NCBI GenBank assembly: GCA_951406725.2
Contig: OX597840.1
Span: forward strand, 18,104,001 to 18,168,000
Length of the DNA: 64,000 nucleotides
Reading direction: 5' to 3'
Source: Octopus vulgaris
Taxonomy: Eukaryota
Shown one piece after another: positions 1-12,855 of this stretch. The position numbers and the translations under genes are program-made. Numbering within the stretch: position 1 is the first letter of the stretch; each line of letters begins with the position of its first letter. The notes beneath the pieces are model-generated. The model worked only from the letters and a program-made list of their open reading frames with translations. It was not told where the DNA came from and made no database searches.

Positions 1-383
1 AATTCTTTTTCAGGGACCTTTTGAGCAGGATGAAAAATTCTAACTGGGCCTCACCTGCAACGTCATACACAGTTTATCTTGATATGAGATCACCATGTCA
101 CATACACATGATGCATGTGCCTGGTGTACCCTAATCAGACGGGTAGTCATTATGGGTATATTGGGCTTTGTATATTTGTACCCCAGTGTCACTTTGATGG
201 GGCGTGCGCTGCTCTCTCACTCAATAACAACAAAAGAATGTAAATTCACAGTCTTAAATTGTGTATTGCAACATATGTTTCCACATCATCATTAAGTTCT
301 GACTTTTATATTCATGTAATATAATTTAAAATTCCTCTCAATAATTCTGTATTTGAATACTTATTTTGCTTTATTACTAGTGT

Positions 384-720
384 GGAGGTGCATGGCTCAG
401 TGGTTAGAGCGTCGAGCTTACGATCGTGAGGTTGTGAGCTCGAATCCCAGACCGGACTGCGTGTTGTATTCTTGAGCAAGACACTTTATTTAACATTGCT
501 CCAGTTCACTCAGCTGTAAAAATGAGTTGCGACGTCACAGGTGCCAAGCTGTATTGGCCCCTTTGCCTTTCCCTTGGATAACACTGGTGGCATGGAGAGG
601 GGAGGCCGGTATGCATGGGCGACTGCTGGTCTTCCATAAAAAACAACCTTGCCCGGACTTGTGCCTGAGAGAGTAACTTTCTAGGTGCAATCCCATGGTT
701 AGTCATGACTGAAGGGGATC
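384..720 (+). mobile_element. tRNA-derived SINE family 1 (related heads near 5602, 6901, 26640, 30890, 37633, 43080; minus-strand copies near 15410-15585, 25650-25830, 27750-27910, 50815-50965)
   Basis: A box tggctcagtgg, B-box-like gctcgaatccc, then ttgagcaagacactttattt..cattgctccagt. Confidence 0.8.
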
Positions 721-1748
721 TCAACTAGTGTGGATGTTTCTTCAGGTAGGGTATTACTAAAGATCGTTTAACTAGATCCACTGATCTTGAGGACACATGG
801 AAAATAACATGTGGTAGCCACAGACCCACTAAAGCATGGAAAATGGATGTTAAGCAACAACGACGACAACAACAATGATGATGATATACAAAAGACCTAA
901 AGAAAAAAAGAACTGTAGTGCGATTTTGGGCGATTTGGTTGCTATTTCTAGTGAATTGAGTGTCTTTTATTAGCATATACCAAAATATAAATTATATTTG
1001 GCCTAGAAACACAATTCATGTAATTATCGTTCCAGCTGTCATTAAATTATTATTTTAATTATATTTTAACAAGGCATCAAACTGTCTTAGGATTGAGGTC
1101 ATGTGCTCCACTGATTATTGTTGTTGTTGTTGTTGTTCAGCTCAATTCAACTCTGGTCAAATAAATCTATGAGCAAAAGGGTTCCATATATGACCATCCT
1201 GTAATTTTTATATACTTAGAAGATTATTATCAAATTTGCTCTATCTTTTGTTTGTTTTTATTTTGTTTTGTTTTTCTCAGAAGGCACAGACATGGCCGGA
1301 TGGTTAAGAACCTTGCTTTGCAACCATGAGATTTTGGGTTCAGTCCTACTGTATGACACCTTGGGCAAGCTTCTTCGACTAAAGCCCCTGCCTGACCAAT
1401 GCCTTGTGTGTAGATTTGGTAGGTGGAAACTGAAAGAAATCCCTGAAATTGCTGGCCTGGAGCCAAAATTTGAAACCAATATTATCTTCTTAGATTCATC
1501 TTTACGTTCTGAGTTCAAATTCAACAGAGGTCAGCTTTCCCTTTCTTCCTTTCAGGGTTGATAAAACAAGGACCAGTTGAGCAGTGGGGTCGATGTAATC
1601 AACTCACCCCCTCCCCCAAACTAGCAAGCCTTGTGCCAAAATTTGAAGACACATCAAGCTAAATAAAATTGTGGATGTTCATACGTAGAGGCACATCCTC
1701 TAAATCCCTCTCTCAGCTGAAAAGTCCAAGTCTTGCAGGTTTGGTAAT

Positions 1749-2430
1749 GGTGCCACGTGAAAGCATCTGTGTTGGTGCCACATACAAGCACCCATGCTGG
1801 TGTCATGTAAAAGTGCCTCTGCTGGTGTCACGTAAAAGAACCCATGCCAGTGCCCCACAGAAGTACCCTTAGCGGTGGCACATAAAAGCAGCTGTGCCAG
1901 TGCTGGTGCCATGTAAAAGTAGTCATGCTGGTGCCACGTAAAAGTAACCATGCAGGTGTCACGTAAAAGTGCCTCTGCTGGTGTCACATAAAAACATGCC
2001 GTGCCATGTAGAATCACCTGTGCCAGTGTCACATAAAAGTACCCACGGTGGTGCCACTTAAAAGCGCCCATGCTGGTGCCACATAAAAGCACTCGTGCCA
2101 GTGTCAAGTAAAACTACCTGTGCTGGTGCCACATAAAAGCGCCCATGCTGGTGCCACATAAGAGCACTCATTCCAGTGCCATATAGAAGCACCCACACTG
2201 ATACCACATGAAAGTATCCATATTGGTGCCATGTAAGAGCACTTGTGCCAGTGCCACCCAACACATTCTGTAAAGTGGTTGGCATCAGGAAGGGCATCAA
2301 GCCATAGAAACCATACTAAAACAGACAAAATGGAGCCTGGGAAGCTCCCCAGTGTGCCACCTCTGGTTGAACCGTCCAACCCATGCCAGCATGGAAAACA
2401 GACATTAAATGATGATGATGATGATGATGG
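1749..2430 (+). repeat. Array of about 20 degenerate 23-25-bp units (tgctggtgccacataaaagcacc) ending in an RTE-type 3' tail
   Basis: Repeated gtg(c/t)cac(a/g)taaaag; followed by gtggttggcatcaggaagggcatc...ccatgccagcatggaaa and (GAT)n. Confidence 0.85.
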
Positions 2431-2942
2431 TAATGAATATTATCTACATAGCTAATTAATACCTAATTAATATCTAATCAAATAAAATAGTCCTAAAAAA
2501 ACAAAAAAACAGACATGATGGTCATAACTGGATTGCAAAAAGCATTGATCCGAGATCTATTCAGTGAGGATTGGACAAAGAACTAACCGACAACTACCAC
2601 ACTGCGGCATATTTGGATTGTGCTTATTGGTCAAATATTATCCATGGCTGAAATATAAGACAATAAACTACTAAATATAAATTTATTGATTATAAAAGTC
2701 CAGACTGACCCAATAAGTAATACTACGGTGCAGCTAGCATCCAGTTATAAATATCAATTTGGTCCAATAACACATGCAGTTGTTGTGAATTAGCACATCT
2801 ATCCTACCCACACATCATACATTCATGAATTATAGTGATTATAAAATACAAAACGAAAAATAATTACTGTTCCATATATCAGCCTAATTATCATTCTATT
2901 TATCTGTCTCTCTCTCTCTCTATCTATCTATCACTCTATCTT

Positions 2943-2982
<40 letters not shown>

Positions 2983-3513
2983 CCAGTACCGCCTGACTGG
3001 CCCCCGTGCCAGTAGCACATAAAAAGCACCCACTACACTCACGGAGTGGTTGGCATTAAGAAGGGCATCCAGCTGTAGAAACTCTGCCAAATCAAGATTG
3101 GAGCCTGGTGCAGCCATCTGGTTTGCCAGCCCTCAGTCAAAATCGTCCAACCCATGCTAGCATGGAAAGCAGACATTAAATGATGATGATGATGATGGTG
3201 ATATATATGTCTATCTATCTCTGTACCTCACACACACACAACTCCACAGCTGGCAAAAATGAGTAGTACCTGTATTTCAAAGGGCCAGTTTTGTCACACT
3301 CTGTGTCACGCAGAATTTCCCTGAGAACTATGTTACGGGTACACGTGCCTGTGGAGTTCTCAGCCACTTGCACATTAATTTCACAAGCAGGCTGTTCCGT
3401 TGATTGGATCATCTGGAATTATCATTGTCCTAACTGACAGAATGCCATGCCTGTCTGTCTGTCTATCTATCTATCTGTCCATGACGGACGGACGGACGGA
3501 CGTCCGTCCGTCC

Positions 3514-3546
<33 letters not shown>

Positions 3547-3558
3547 TCTACACTTTAT

Positions 3559-5033
3559 TTCAAGACGGGATGCCCCTGGGAGCTCCTCTATGCTGATGAC
3601 CTTGCTCTAATTGCTGAGTCACTAACAGAACTAGAGGAGAAGTTTCAAGTGTGGAAAGAAGGATTAGAATCGAAGGGCCTTAGAGTCAACCTAGCTAAAA
3701 CCAAAGTCCTAATATGTAGGAAGGCAGGCAAACCACAAATCCCTTCAGGTAGATGGCCCTGCTCAATCTGTAGAAAAGGTGTAGGTAGAAACTCTATAAG
3801 ATGTACCCAGTGTCAGCTATGGACACATAAGAGGTGCAGCAATATCAAAGGAAGGCTAACTGGGAGGATAGTTTTCGTATGTGGCAGATGCTCAGGAGCT
3901 ATATATAACACTGAAAATGTGCAGAGAACAACTTCCGCCACATTCCAGGGAAAAACTAGAAGTAGTTGATAGCTTCCGTTACCTAGGTGACCAAATCAGT
4001 AGCGGAGGAGGGTGCACTGAAAGAATAAGAATAGCCTGCGCAAAGTTCAGAGAGCTCCTACCTCTGCTGGTGACAAAGGGCCTCTCACTCAGAGTAAAAG
4101 GCAGACTGTATGATGCATGTGTACGAACAGCCATGCTACATGGCAGTGAAACATGGGCTGTGACTGCTGAGGATATGTGTAAGCTTGCAAGGAATGAAGC
4201 CAGTATGATCCAATGGATGTGTAATGTCAGTGTGCATACTTGACAGAGTGTTAGTGCCCTGAGAGAAAGGTTGGACCTAAGGAGCATCAGATGTGGTGTG
4301 CAAGAGAGATGACTGCGCTGGTATGGCCATGTGGCAAGAATGGATTTGGATAGCTGTGTGAAAAAGTGCCACACCCTAGCAGTTGAGGGAACCTGTGGAA
4401 GAGGTAAACCCAGGAAGACCTGGGATGAGGTGGTGAAGCATGACTTTCAAACATTGGGCCTCACCGAGGCAATGACTAGTGACCGGGACCTCTGGAAATA
4501 TGCTGTACTGCAGAAGACTCAGCAAGTGCAAGTGTGACCATAACCTTGTGGACTATACTAGGGGGTAACCAGTCCACTTATGCATGCCTTTTCTTTATTG
4601 GACACTAAACTCTGCTTGTGAAGACCAGTTGAGGCTAGTGAAATCAAACTCGGTGACTGGCATCCATTGCTACTGGAGCGCTAAGAGTACCATACGAGTG
4701 AGATTGTTGCCAGAGCAACAAACTGGCCTTCGTGCCGGTGGCACATGAAACATTCGAGCGAGGACATCGCCAGTGCTGCTGGACTGGCTCCTGTGCAGGT
4801 GGCACATAAAAAGCACCATTTGGACGTGGTCGTTGCCAGTACTACCAAATTGGCCCTCATGCCGGTGGCACGTAAAAGCACCCACTACACTCTTGGAGTG
4901 GTTGGCGTTAGGAAGGGCATCCAGCTGTAGAAACACTGCCAGATCAGATTGGAGTCTGGTTTGCCAGACCTCAGTCAAATCGTCCAACCCATGCTAGCAT
5001 GGAAAGCGGACGTTAAATAATGATGATGATGAT
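3559..5033 (+). mobile_element. 5'-truncated, more decayed copy of the same RTE LINE
   Basis: LLYADDLAL, FRYLG, LHGSETW and GRGKPRKTW in broken frames; same 3' end and (GAT)n tail. Confidence 0.95.
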
Positions 5034-6523
5034 ATATATATATATATATATAGTAGAAGGACCCGAACCCTTCAAAGGGATGTTTAGCATCCAAGTTCCT
5101 GAGGAAAAGTTGTGATTTCAAAAGGATTATATTTTCCTTAAAGTTATGAGAGAAAAACTCGGATTTTGTGAATCTTGTGAATTTTCCGAAATCCTCTCCC
5201 CACCCCAGCCCCGTTGCTTTCCGGGGATTTGTGTTTCAGATTCGTTTCCTACACCTTTATTTTACACCTGTTGCAATATTTTTTTTTTCGATTTCGTTTC
5301 CAGGTAATAATGTCAACATTAACCGAAAACTGTAAAGAAGCCTACTACACGCGTGCGCGCAGTCTTTCTTTTTGAACGCTTGTAAATGTGTTTGTGAGAG
5401 ATTTGGCTGCTATTTCTAGCAAGACGAACGACTACTACGCAGAAGTACCCCGAACTGCCAGTGATAATGTATCCATGTTAATGTTATTGTTTATCCCCAG
5501 GACAAAGCCTAGTGGAGCAGACCTATGATAAGAGGCATTCCAACCGAGACCATTTCGTCTGTTTTGTTGTTGGTTATGGCAATGGTAGTAGATCTCGCAG
5601 TGGAGGCGCAATGGCCCAGTGGTTAGGACAGCGGACTCGCGGTCGTAGGATCACGGTTTCGATTCCCAGACTGGGCGTTGTGAGTGTTTATTGAGTAAAA
5701 TCACCCAAAGCTCCACGAGGCTTCGGCAGGGAGTGGGTGGTGGCAAACCTGCTGTACTCTTTCACTCTTTCTTCCTGTTTCTGTGTACCTGTATTTCAAA
5801 GGGCCACCCTTATCACATTCTGTGTCACGCTGAATCTCCCCCGAGAACTACGTTAAAGATACACTTGTCTGTGGGGTGCTCAGCCACTTACACGTACATT
5901 TCACGAGCAGACTGTTCCGTTGAACGGATCAACTGGAACCCTCATCGTCGTAACCGACGGAATGCCAACAAAAGCAGACCCCACTGACTCCCATAACGGT
6001 CAGATATTTCTGGGTTTCCATAAGTAGAAATGGAAATAAATAGAAGAAAAATATTTATTCAAAGGGAAATAACTCTGGGTGGCTACAATTTTTTTCCTAA
6101 TTTCAATTATAATTGCATTTCGGATTCAGATTTTAAAACGCTTTTTTATTTTCATTAAATTTTTAATTAAAAGTTTTTAATCAATAAAAACTAGGATTTA
6201 GGTGAAATTTGATACAACCCAACAGAAATCGCCACTTTTTGTTTAAATGACTAAGTTTTAACGTTTAGCAGCTGACTTGGTAGAAACCCACAAGACTGTC
6301 CACACCCAAAGTGTTGTGGAAGGATCCTGACCACCCCCCAAGTGACCAAAAGTGGACTAATGCATTCCAATAAAGTAAAGAGAGTCGACAGTTGATAATA
6401 TCGATCGTTCGTATCGGATTACTGAGTTACTTTAATATCGTTCGTACGTCTGGCATACGACGCAGCACGATTTTTGCATGAACATACTAATTCTGTGAAA
6501 GGTTATTCTAGATAACCATATCC

Positions 6524-6730
6524 GGCAATCTTTTGGTACAAGTCTGATTGTTTACATTTGAAGAAGAAGATCGTCACTTTCCGTAAAGTTTTTTTTTTAT
6601 ATATATGTGGGGTTAGGGTTAGGGTTTGGGTTAGGGGTGGGGGAAAAGGGTTTCTTTTTTCTTCAGAAATGTAAACAAACCCACGTGGGTTTATAATTGG
6701 CCGTTATGGTATTTGTACCGAAAGATCGCC
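6524..6730. mobile_element. MITE with GG..CC TIRs, 8-bp TSD and internal TTAGGG repeats (Merlin-like, tentative)
   Basis: TIR ggcaatcttttggtacaa / ttgtaccgaaagatcgcc; TSD ccatatcc on both sides. Confidence 0.75.
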
Positions 6731-7320
6731 CCATATCCTGCACGACCCAACGTCTCAAAACCCTGAAGGCATAATACAAAGAAACGCTGCATTTAACACC
6801 ATAGTTTGTTATACAATAAGACGAGGTGGTCATGACCGTATTGACTTTCATCATGGATCTACTCAACGAAGGTTCATCTGGGGATCAACAACAACAACAG
6901 TGGAGGCGCAATGGCCCAGTGGTTAGGGCAGCGGACTCGCAGTTGGAGGATCGCGGTTTCGATTCCCAGACCGGGCGTTGTGTGTGTTTATTGAGCGAAA
7001 ACACCTAAAGCCCCACAAGGCTCCAGCAGGGGGTGGGTGGCGACCCCTGTTGTACTCTTTCGCCCCAACTTTCTCTCACTCTTTCTTCCTGTTTTTTGTC
7101 CCCGACTTCCTACGCAACTGCTGAGCCTGGATGCGCATTCATCCATCCGTCAATGCTTTCGGTGACCTGCTTTCTCTTCTGCAGGTCTTACGAATAGCAA
7201 AGGACCATGTATCGGACTTCTCCCATCTTGCGAGCTCTGGGATGAAGACCGTTCGCTCAACAGCAACAGCAACAACAACAACAAAAATGGTTTTAAAAAA
7301 AAAGGAAACTGGTTTCTTAC

Positions 7321-7539
7321 CCATTTGTGTATCCTTGCAGTGACAGAGGAGTTCTGTGGCAGGTTCGTTGCCTTGTTTTGATGCCATGATGAGCCATTTC
7401 ACAGCCTCGGTGCCGTTTTTCTCTTCATTGACCCCAGACTGAGCCAATACCAAGAAATGTTTGCCCACAATAAGTTGGTCCTCTTCTGATCCACCATCTG
7501 CTCTCTTCAAAACCTCTGGATCGAGGGACGACTCCATCT
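7321..7539 (-). CDS. WFS1: Wolframin-like N-terminal (Sel1-like helical) coding exon; rest of gene not located in window
   Basis: Translates EMESSLDPEVLKRADGGSEEDQLIVGKHFLVLAQSGVNEEKNGTEAVKWLIMASKQGNEPATELLCHCKDTQMG, matching my recollection of the wolframin N-terminus (VGKHYL..A....N...AV.WL..A.KQG...A..LL..C). Acceptor ttccag| at 7540, donor G|gtaaga at 7320; 219 bp, phase 1-1. Confidence 0.85.
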
Positions 7540-7547
7540 CTGGAATT

Positions 7548-7548
<1 letters not shown>

Positions 7549-7583
<35 letters not shown>

Positions 7584-7604
7584 GTAATAATAATAATAAT
7601 AATA

Positions 7605-7640
<36 letters not shown>

Positions 7641-7648
7641 GTAATAAA

Positions 7649-7687
<39 letters not shown>
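7549..7687. repeat. (AAT)n microsatellite, representative of dozens of (TA)n, (CA)n, (TATG)n, (GATA)n and (GAT)n tracts
   Basis: Direct reading of sequence. Confidence 0.95.
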
Positions 7688-8337
7688 CCTTTCTACAAGA
7701 AGCACAAGGCCTCACATTTGGGGGAAGGGATTAAGTCTATTACATCGACCCCAATGTGTAACTGGTACTTAACTTATCGACCCCAAAAGGATGAAAGGCA
7801 AAGTCAACCCTGCCTGCATTTGAACTCAGAATGTAACAGCAGACGAAATACCTATTTCTTTACTACCTACAAGGGGCTAAACATAGAGAGGACAAACAAG
7901 GACAGACAAAGGGATTAAGTCGATTACATCGACCCAGCGCATAACTGGTACTTAATTTATCAACCCCGACTTTACCTTTTATCCTTATAAAAGGTAAAGT
8001 CGGCCTCGGTGGAATTTGAACTCAGAACGTAACGGCAGACAAATTACTGCTAAGCATTTCGCCCGGCGTGCTAACGATTCTGTCAGCTCACCACCTTAAT
8101 AATAATAATAATGATGATGATGATTTCAAATTTTGACACAAGACCAGGAGTTTTGAGGGAGGGAGTAAGTTGATTACATTAGCCCCAGTGGTACTTATTT
8201 TATCGACCCCAAAAGAATGAAAGACAAAGTCAACCTCAGCAAAATTTGAACTCAGATTGTAGACGTGGATGGAATACCACTAAGCATTTTGTCTGGCGTG
8301 CTAATGTTTCTGCTAGCTCACCACGTTAACAATAATG

Positions 8338-8376
<39 letters not shown>

Positions 8377-8377
<1 letters not shown>

Positions 8378-8680
8378 GAGCACTCAGAAAGCGCAAACCT
8401 CTGCCAAAGCAACACCAACGTCCTCTCAATGATTAGCCAGAGAGGATTTTTAAAATGAGAATATCTGAAATAAACTCGACTGCTCTCACAAATGAAAATA
8501 CTAAAACTGAACCCGACAGCTTTCAAAAATTAAGTAAAAAAACAGGAAAACTAATCCAGAATCCTTGTCCAGTAACCAATCGATCCCAAAATCTAATCAG
8601 TTCATGCCAGTCATGAGGCCAAACATCTCTGAAAGTTTCATCCGAATCCATCCAATGGTTTTAGAGATATCTTGTCCACA
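8377..8680 (+). repeat. Interspersed repeat, second copy at 19840-20112
   Basis: gcactcaga.ag.gcaaacctctgccaa.gcaacaccaac ... gaatccatcca shared. Confidence 0.75.
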
Positions 8681-8904
8681 ATCAAGCAAACGCTATAGGA
8701 ACAAGGCCAAAAATTTGGTGGGAGTGGGGCTGGTCAATTACATTGAACCCAGTGATCAACTGGTACTTATTTTATCAATCTTGAAAAGATGAAGACCAAA
8801 GTCAACTTCAGTGGAATTTGAACTCAGAACATAAAGATGCAGCCAAACATTTTGTCTGCCATGCTAACAACCCCAAAATCAAGAATGTTGAAAGTAAAGA
8901 TCGC

Positions 8905-9902
8905 TGGCTCTGGTTGGTGGACAGGAACTAGAAAAGAGAGGCAGAAATGCTAATTACAGTTATTCAAGAAGAAGCCATTTGAACAAACTTGTTAAAGACA
9001 ATGATTGACAAAACTCAGTCTGACAGAAAATTTAGAATCTGCAGGAAAAGAGACGAAAGTATCAATCACTTTTTGAGTGAGTGCTGTATACAAACACAAA
9101 AATAGTTTTAGCGCCGACGTGACTGCATAGGCAAAAGAGTGACATTGGGAGGTTAAACGAGTGTGTAGCTTCAAAACAACAGAAAAGTGATCATCATCAT
9201 CATCATCATCATCATTGTTTAATGTCCTCTTTCCATGCTGGCATGGGTCAGACGATTTGACTGATGACTTGCAAGCCAGATGGCTGCACCAGGCTCCAAT
9301 CTTGGTCTGGCAGAGTTTCTACAGCTGGATGCCCTTCCTAACGCCAACAACTCTGTGAGTGTAGTGGGCGCTTTTACATGCCACCGGCATGAGGGCCAGT
9401 CAGATGGTACTGGCAATGGCCACGCTCAAATGGTGTTTTTTTACATGCCACCTGCACAGGAACCAGTCCAGCGGCACTGGCAACAACCTTGCTTGAATGG
9501 TTTTTTCACATGCTGCCGGCACAAGTGCCAGTAAGGCGACACTGGTAATGATCATGCTCAAATGGTGCTTTTTTACGTGCCACTGGCATGGAAGCCAGTT
9601 AGCCACTCTGGCAACGATCACACTCAGATGGTGCTCTTACTGCTCCACTAGCACGGGTGCCAGTCATCGAATTTGATTTTGATTTCACTTGCCTCAACAG
9701 GTCTTCGCATGCAGAGTTTAGTGTCCAATGAAGGAAAGGTACGCGAACCAGAAGCTGTGATAGAAAATGATAATTACAAGATCTTGTGGGATTTTTCATA
9801 AAGAATGACCAAACTATGGAAGAAAGAAAACCAGATCTGATCATAGAGGACAAAATAAACAAAGAGTATAAAATCATTGATTTTGTATTTCCCTGTGATA
9901 GC
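8905..9902 (+). mobile_element. Decayed R4/Dong-like non-LTR retrotransposon C-terminus (zinc knuckle + restriction-like endonuclease), split by an insertion
   Basis: 8905-9150: WLWL...QEEAI*T...KFRICRKRDESINHFLSEC...RRRD...HW. 9748-9902: PEAVIENDNYKILWDFFIKNDQTMEERKPDLIIEDKINKEYKIIDFVFPCD. Confidence 0.8.
9191..9745 (-). mobile_element. RTE LINE 3' UTR fragment inserted into an R4/Dong-like element
   Basis: Reverse complement of about 4580-5030, including the (CAT)n tail at 9191-9215. Confidence 0.85.
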
Positions 9903-10856
9903 AAAGACAAAACCTGCAAAGCATTTTTTCCAATGCTTCTACGATTCTGCCAGTGCAGCATCAAGAAATGTCACAGATCCAAGAACTATGAAACCTGTGT
10001 AAGAAGGAAGCAACAGAGAAACATACACAAAGAAACATACATGTGGCTGTGTGGTAAGGAGCTTTCTTCCCAACCACATGGCTCTGGGTTCAATCCCAGT
10101 GTGGCACCTTGGGCAAGTCTCTTTCTAGTATAGCCTCAGGATGACCTAAACCTTGTGAATGGATTTGGTTGATGGAAACTGAAAGAAGGCGGCGAGCTGA
10201 CAGAAAGGTTAGCACACTGGGCGAAATGCTTAGCAGTATTTCGTTTGCCGTTACATTCTGAGTTCAAATTCTGCCAAGGTCGACTTTGCCTTTCATCCTT
10301 TCGGGGTCGATAAATTAAGTACCATTTACGCACTGGGGTAGATGTAATCGACTTAATCCATTTGTCTGTCCTTGTTTGTCTCCTCTATGTTTAGCCCCTT
10401 GTGGGTAGTAAAGAAACAGGAAACTGAAAGAAGCCCATCGTGTATGTGTGTGCTTGTGTGTGTGTGTGTGTGTGTGTGCATATGCATGTATGTGTATAAA
10501 TACCAATTTTGAAAAATTAGGCTTCTCGATGCCCGGAAAGGAGAAAGCTAATTTGAAGACTACGGTTCCAAGCCATCACTGAAACTTTAAAAATTTGTTA
10601 AATTTTTCAGAAGTTCATCATTTAAGTCTCTATGTGCCATGTCGAGACATGCAGCCATATGCATGAGAATACATACAAGACATACCAATCTGCACATGCA
10701 CTGATTCCAAATACTGCACATATACACACCTACATGTAAAAGTACCGTTGTTGATGTTGAAATTCCAATGAAAGAACCATAGATCTAGGTTAGAAACCAG
10801 CTCTTTCTCTACTGGCAAGAAATCTTAAAATATAACTGAATAACGACATACATAGA

Positions 10857-11122
10857 CTGTTGTGTCTGGGGAGAGTCATTTTCTTTTTGTGCCTTATTAT
10901 TTAACACACTCACCGGTAAAATTTCCACTTTTTTCTTATTTTTATTTTCATAAAATTTTTGTTGCATCTTGCAACCTTTTCATTAGTCTTGACTATTGAA
11001 AAGGTCACAAGACGCAATGAAAATTTTAGGAAAATAAAAATAAGAAAAAAGTGGAAATTTTACCTGTGAGTGTGTTACATTATAAGGCACAAAAAGAAAA
11101 TGACTCTCCCCAGACACAACAG
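10857..11122. repeat. Near-loopless palindrome (arms about 130 bp)
   Basis: ctgttgtgtctggggagagtcattttc... pairs with ...gaaaatgactctccccagacacaacag; centre near 10990. Confidence 0.85.
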
Positions 11123-11469
11123 AATATGCTTCAACACACGAACTCATATAAAGAATCTTGCAAACCAAATCCAAAAATGAGACATACATAGAGACAAACA
11201 GATAGACTAACAGAAAACAGACACACAGACATATTCAGACAGATATTCAGACAGACAGACATTTGGTAATCAGGTGACAACCTGTTTTTGTTATCAGACC
11301 ATTCACTACAACTGCCCTGGTATTTTGGAAGTCTTCCCACGTGGTGTTTAGTTTTCTATAGAAATGCATAGAAATGTCTATTTTGCATTTATAATTGGTT
11401 GTGTTGCTGTTAGAATTAGTTATAATAGTGTTGATTGTAAATATAATAATGATGATAATAATAATAATA

Positions 11470-12045
11470 ACTGCCCTGATTCAGTGCCTCTCATGGCTTC
11501 TGATTGGAAGTGTTACCATGTACATTGTTTTGTCTTGGTATAAAAGTTGAGTTACAGCAAATATTCTGCTCAATACCACAAATTTGCTTGTCAGTTGTTT
11601 GACCTTAACAAGTTAAGCATGTCCCTTAGTGGCTGACGATATGTGCATCTCTGATCACGAGCAGAAGTAGTGGGAGAGCATCATAGCCATGTGTTGAGAG
11701 GGATTCTTCAGGGTTTGAATAATTCACCTTTGGAAACATGGGTGTTTCGTTCAACATCCTTAAACAACCCTTATTCAGGGACCTTTTGAGTGGGATGGGT
11801 TACTCGACCAGAAGAAAATTCTAACTGGGCCCCACCTGCAAGGTCATGCACTGTTTATCTTGATATGAGATCACCATGTCGTGCACATATGGATGTGGGG
11901 CATGTGCCTAGTGTACCCTTATCGAGTAGTCATGATGGGTATATTGGGATTCGTATATTTTACCCCAGTGTCACTTTGATGGCATGCACTGCTCTCTCAC
12001 TCAATAATAATAATAACAATAATAATAATAATAATAATAATAATG
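11470..12045 (+). repeat. Interspersed repeat with (AAT)n tail; 3' part repeated at 10-232
   Basis: cagggaccttttgag...ctctctcactcaataa shared by 10-232 and 11776-12007. Confidence 0.7.
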
Positions 12046-12501
12046 ATTAATATAACAAATGAAAAATCCTTCAAGAATCCATAAAAATTCCTGGATCACT
12101 ACCAAAATTTCATCATCTGTTCCTTGTGTCATTACCAACTGTTCACAACTTTTTGAGTTATTTTGCACAGAGACGGACAGACAGAGGGAGAGACGGACAG
12201 ACCAACACTGATGTAATAATAATAATTCTTTCTACAATAGGCACAAGGCTTGAAATTTGGGGGGTGGGGGATTGTTGATTACATTGATCCCAGTATTTCA
12301 CTGGTACTTGATTAAATCGACCATAAAAGGAAGAAAGGCAAAGTCGACCTCAGTGGAATTTGAACTCAGAACATAAAGACAGACAAAATGCCACAAGACA
12401 TTTTGCCCAGCATGCTAATGATTCTGCCATTTCACTGCTTTATTCATGATACTTTACATACATATTCATACATTCCTTACTACCAGCATATATACATACA
12501 A

Positions 12502-12534
<33 letters not shown>

Positions 12535-12702
12535 TACATATATAATAATAATATTAGGGAATATTATTCCAAACTTACAGGGAAAAATTCAATTTAGTAA
12601 TATTAAATCAAATTTCACAATATATAAATTAAAGAAGAACCACCTGGTATGTATGTATATATGTGTGTATATGTATTTATGTATATATGGTGGTTCTTCT
12701 CT

Positions 12703-12751
<49 letters not shown>

Positions 12752-12855
12752 AATATATATATATTTACTTAAATAATATATATATATTTACTTAAATAAT
12801 ATATATATATATATATATGTATATAAGAGAAGAACCACCATATAAGAGAAGAAGC

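Noticed and set aside
5602-5680. tRNA-like sequence (also at 384, 6901 and 37633)
   Set aside because: SINE heads running into SINE bodies, with no proper acceptor stem.
6611-6640. Telomere or chromosome end
   Set aside because: Only a few repeats, internal to a TIR element with a TSD.
7139-7772. Poly-Ile ORFs and the many YI/HT/CV/MYVC ORFs elsewhere
   Set aside because: Translations of microsatellites; only 7321-7539 is a real exon.
10990-11035. TTGAAAA...GAAA as a U3-A8 hammerhead variant
   Set aside because: Stems I and III cannot be paired convincingly.
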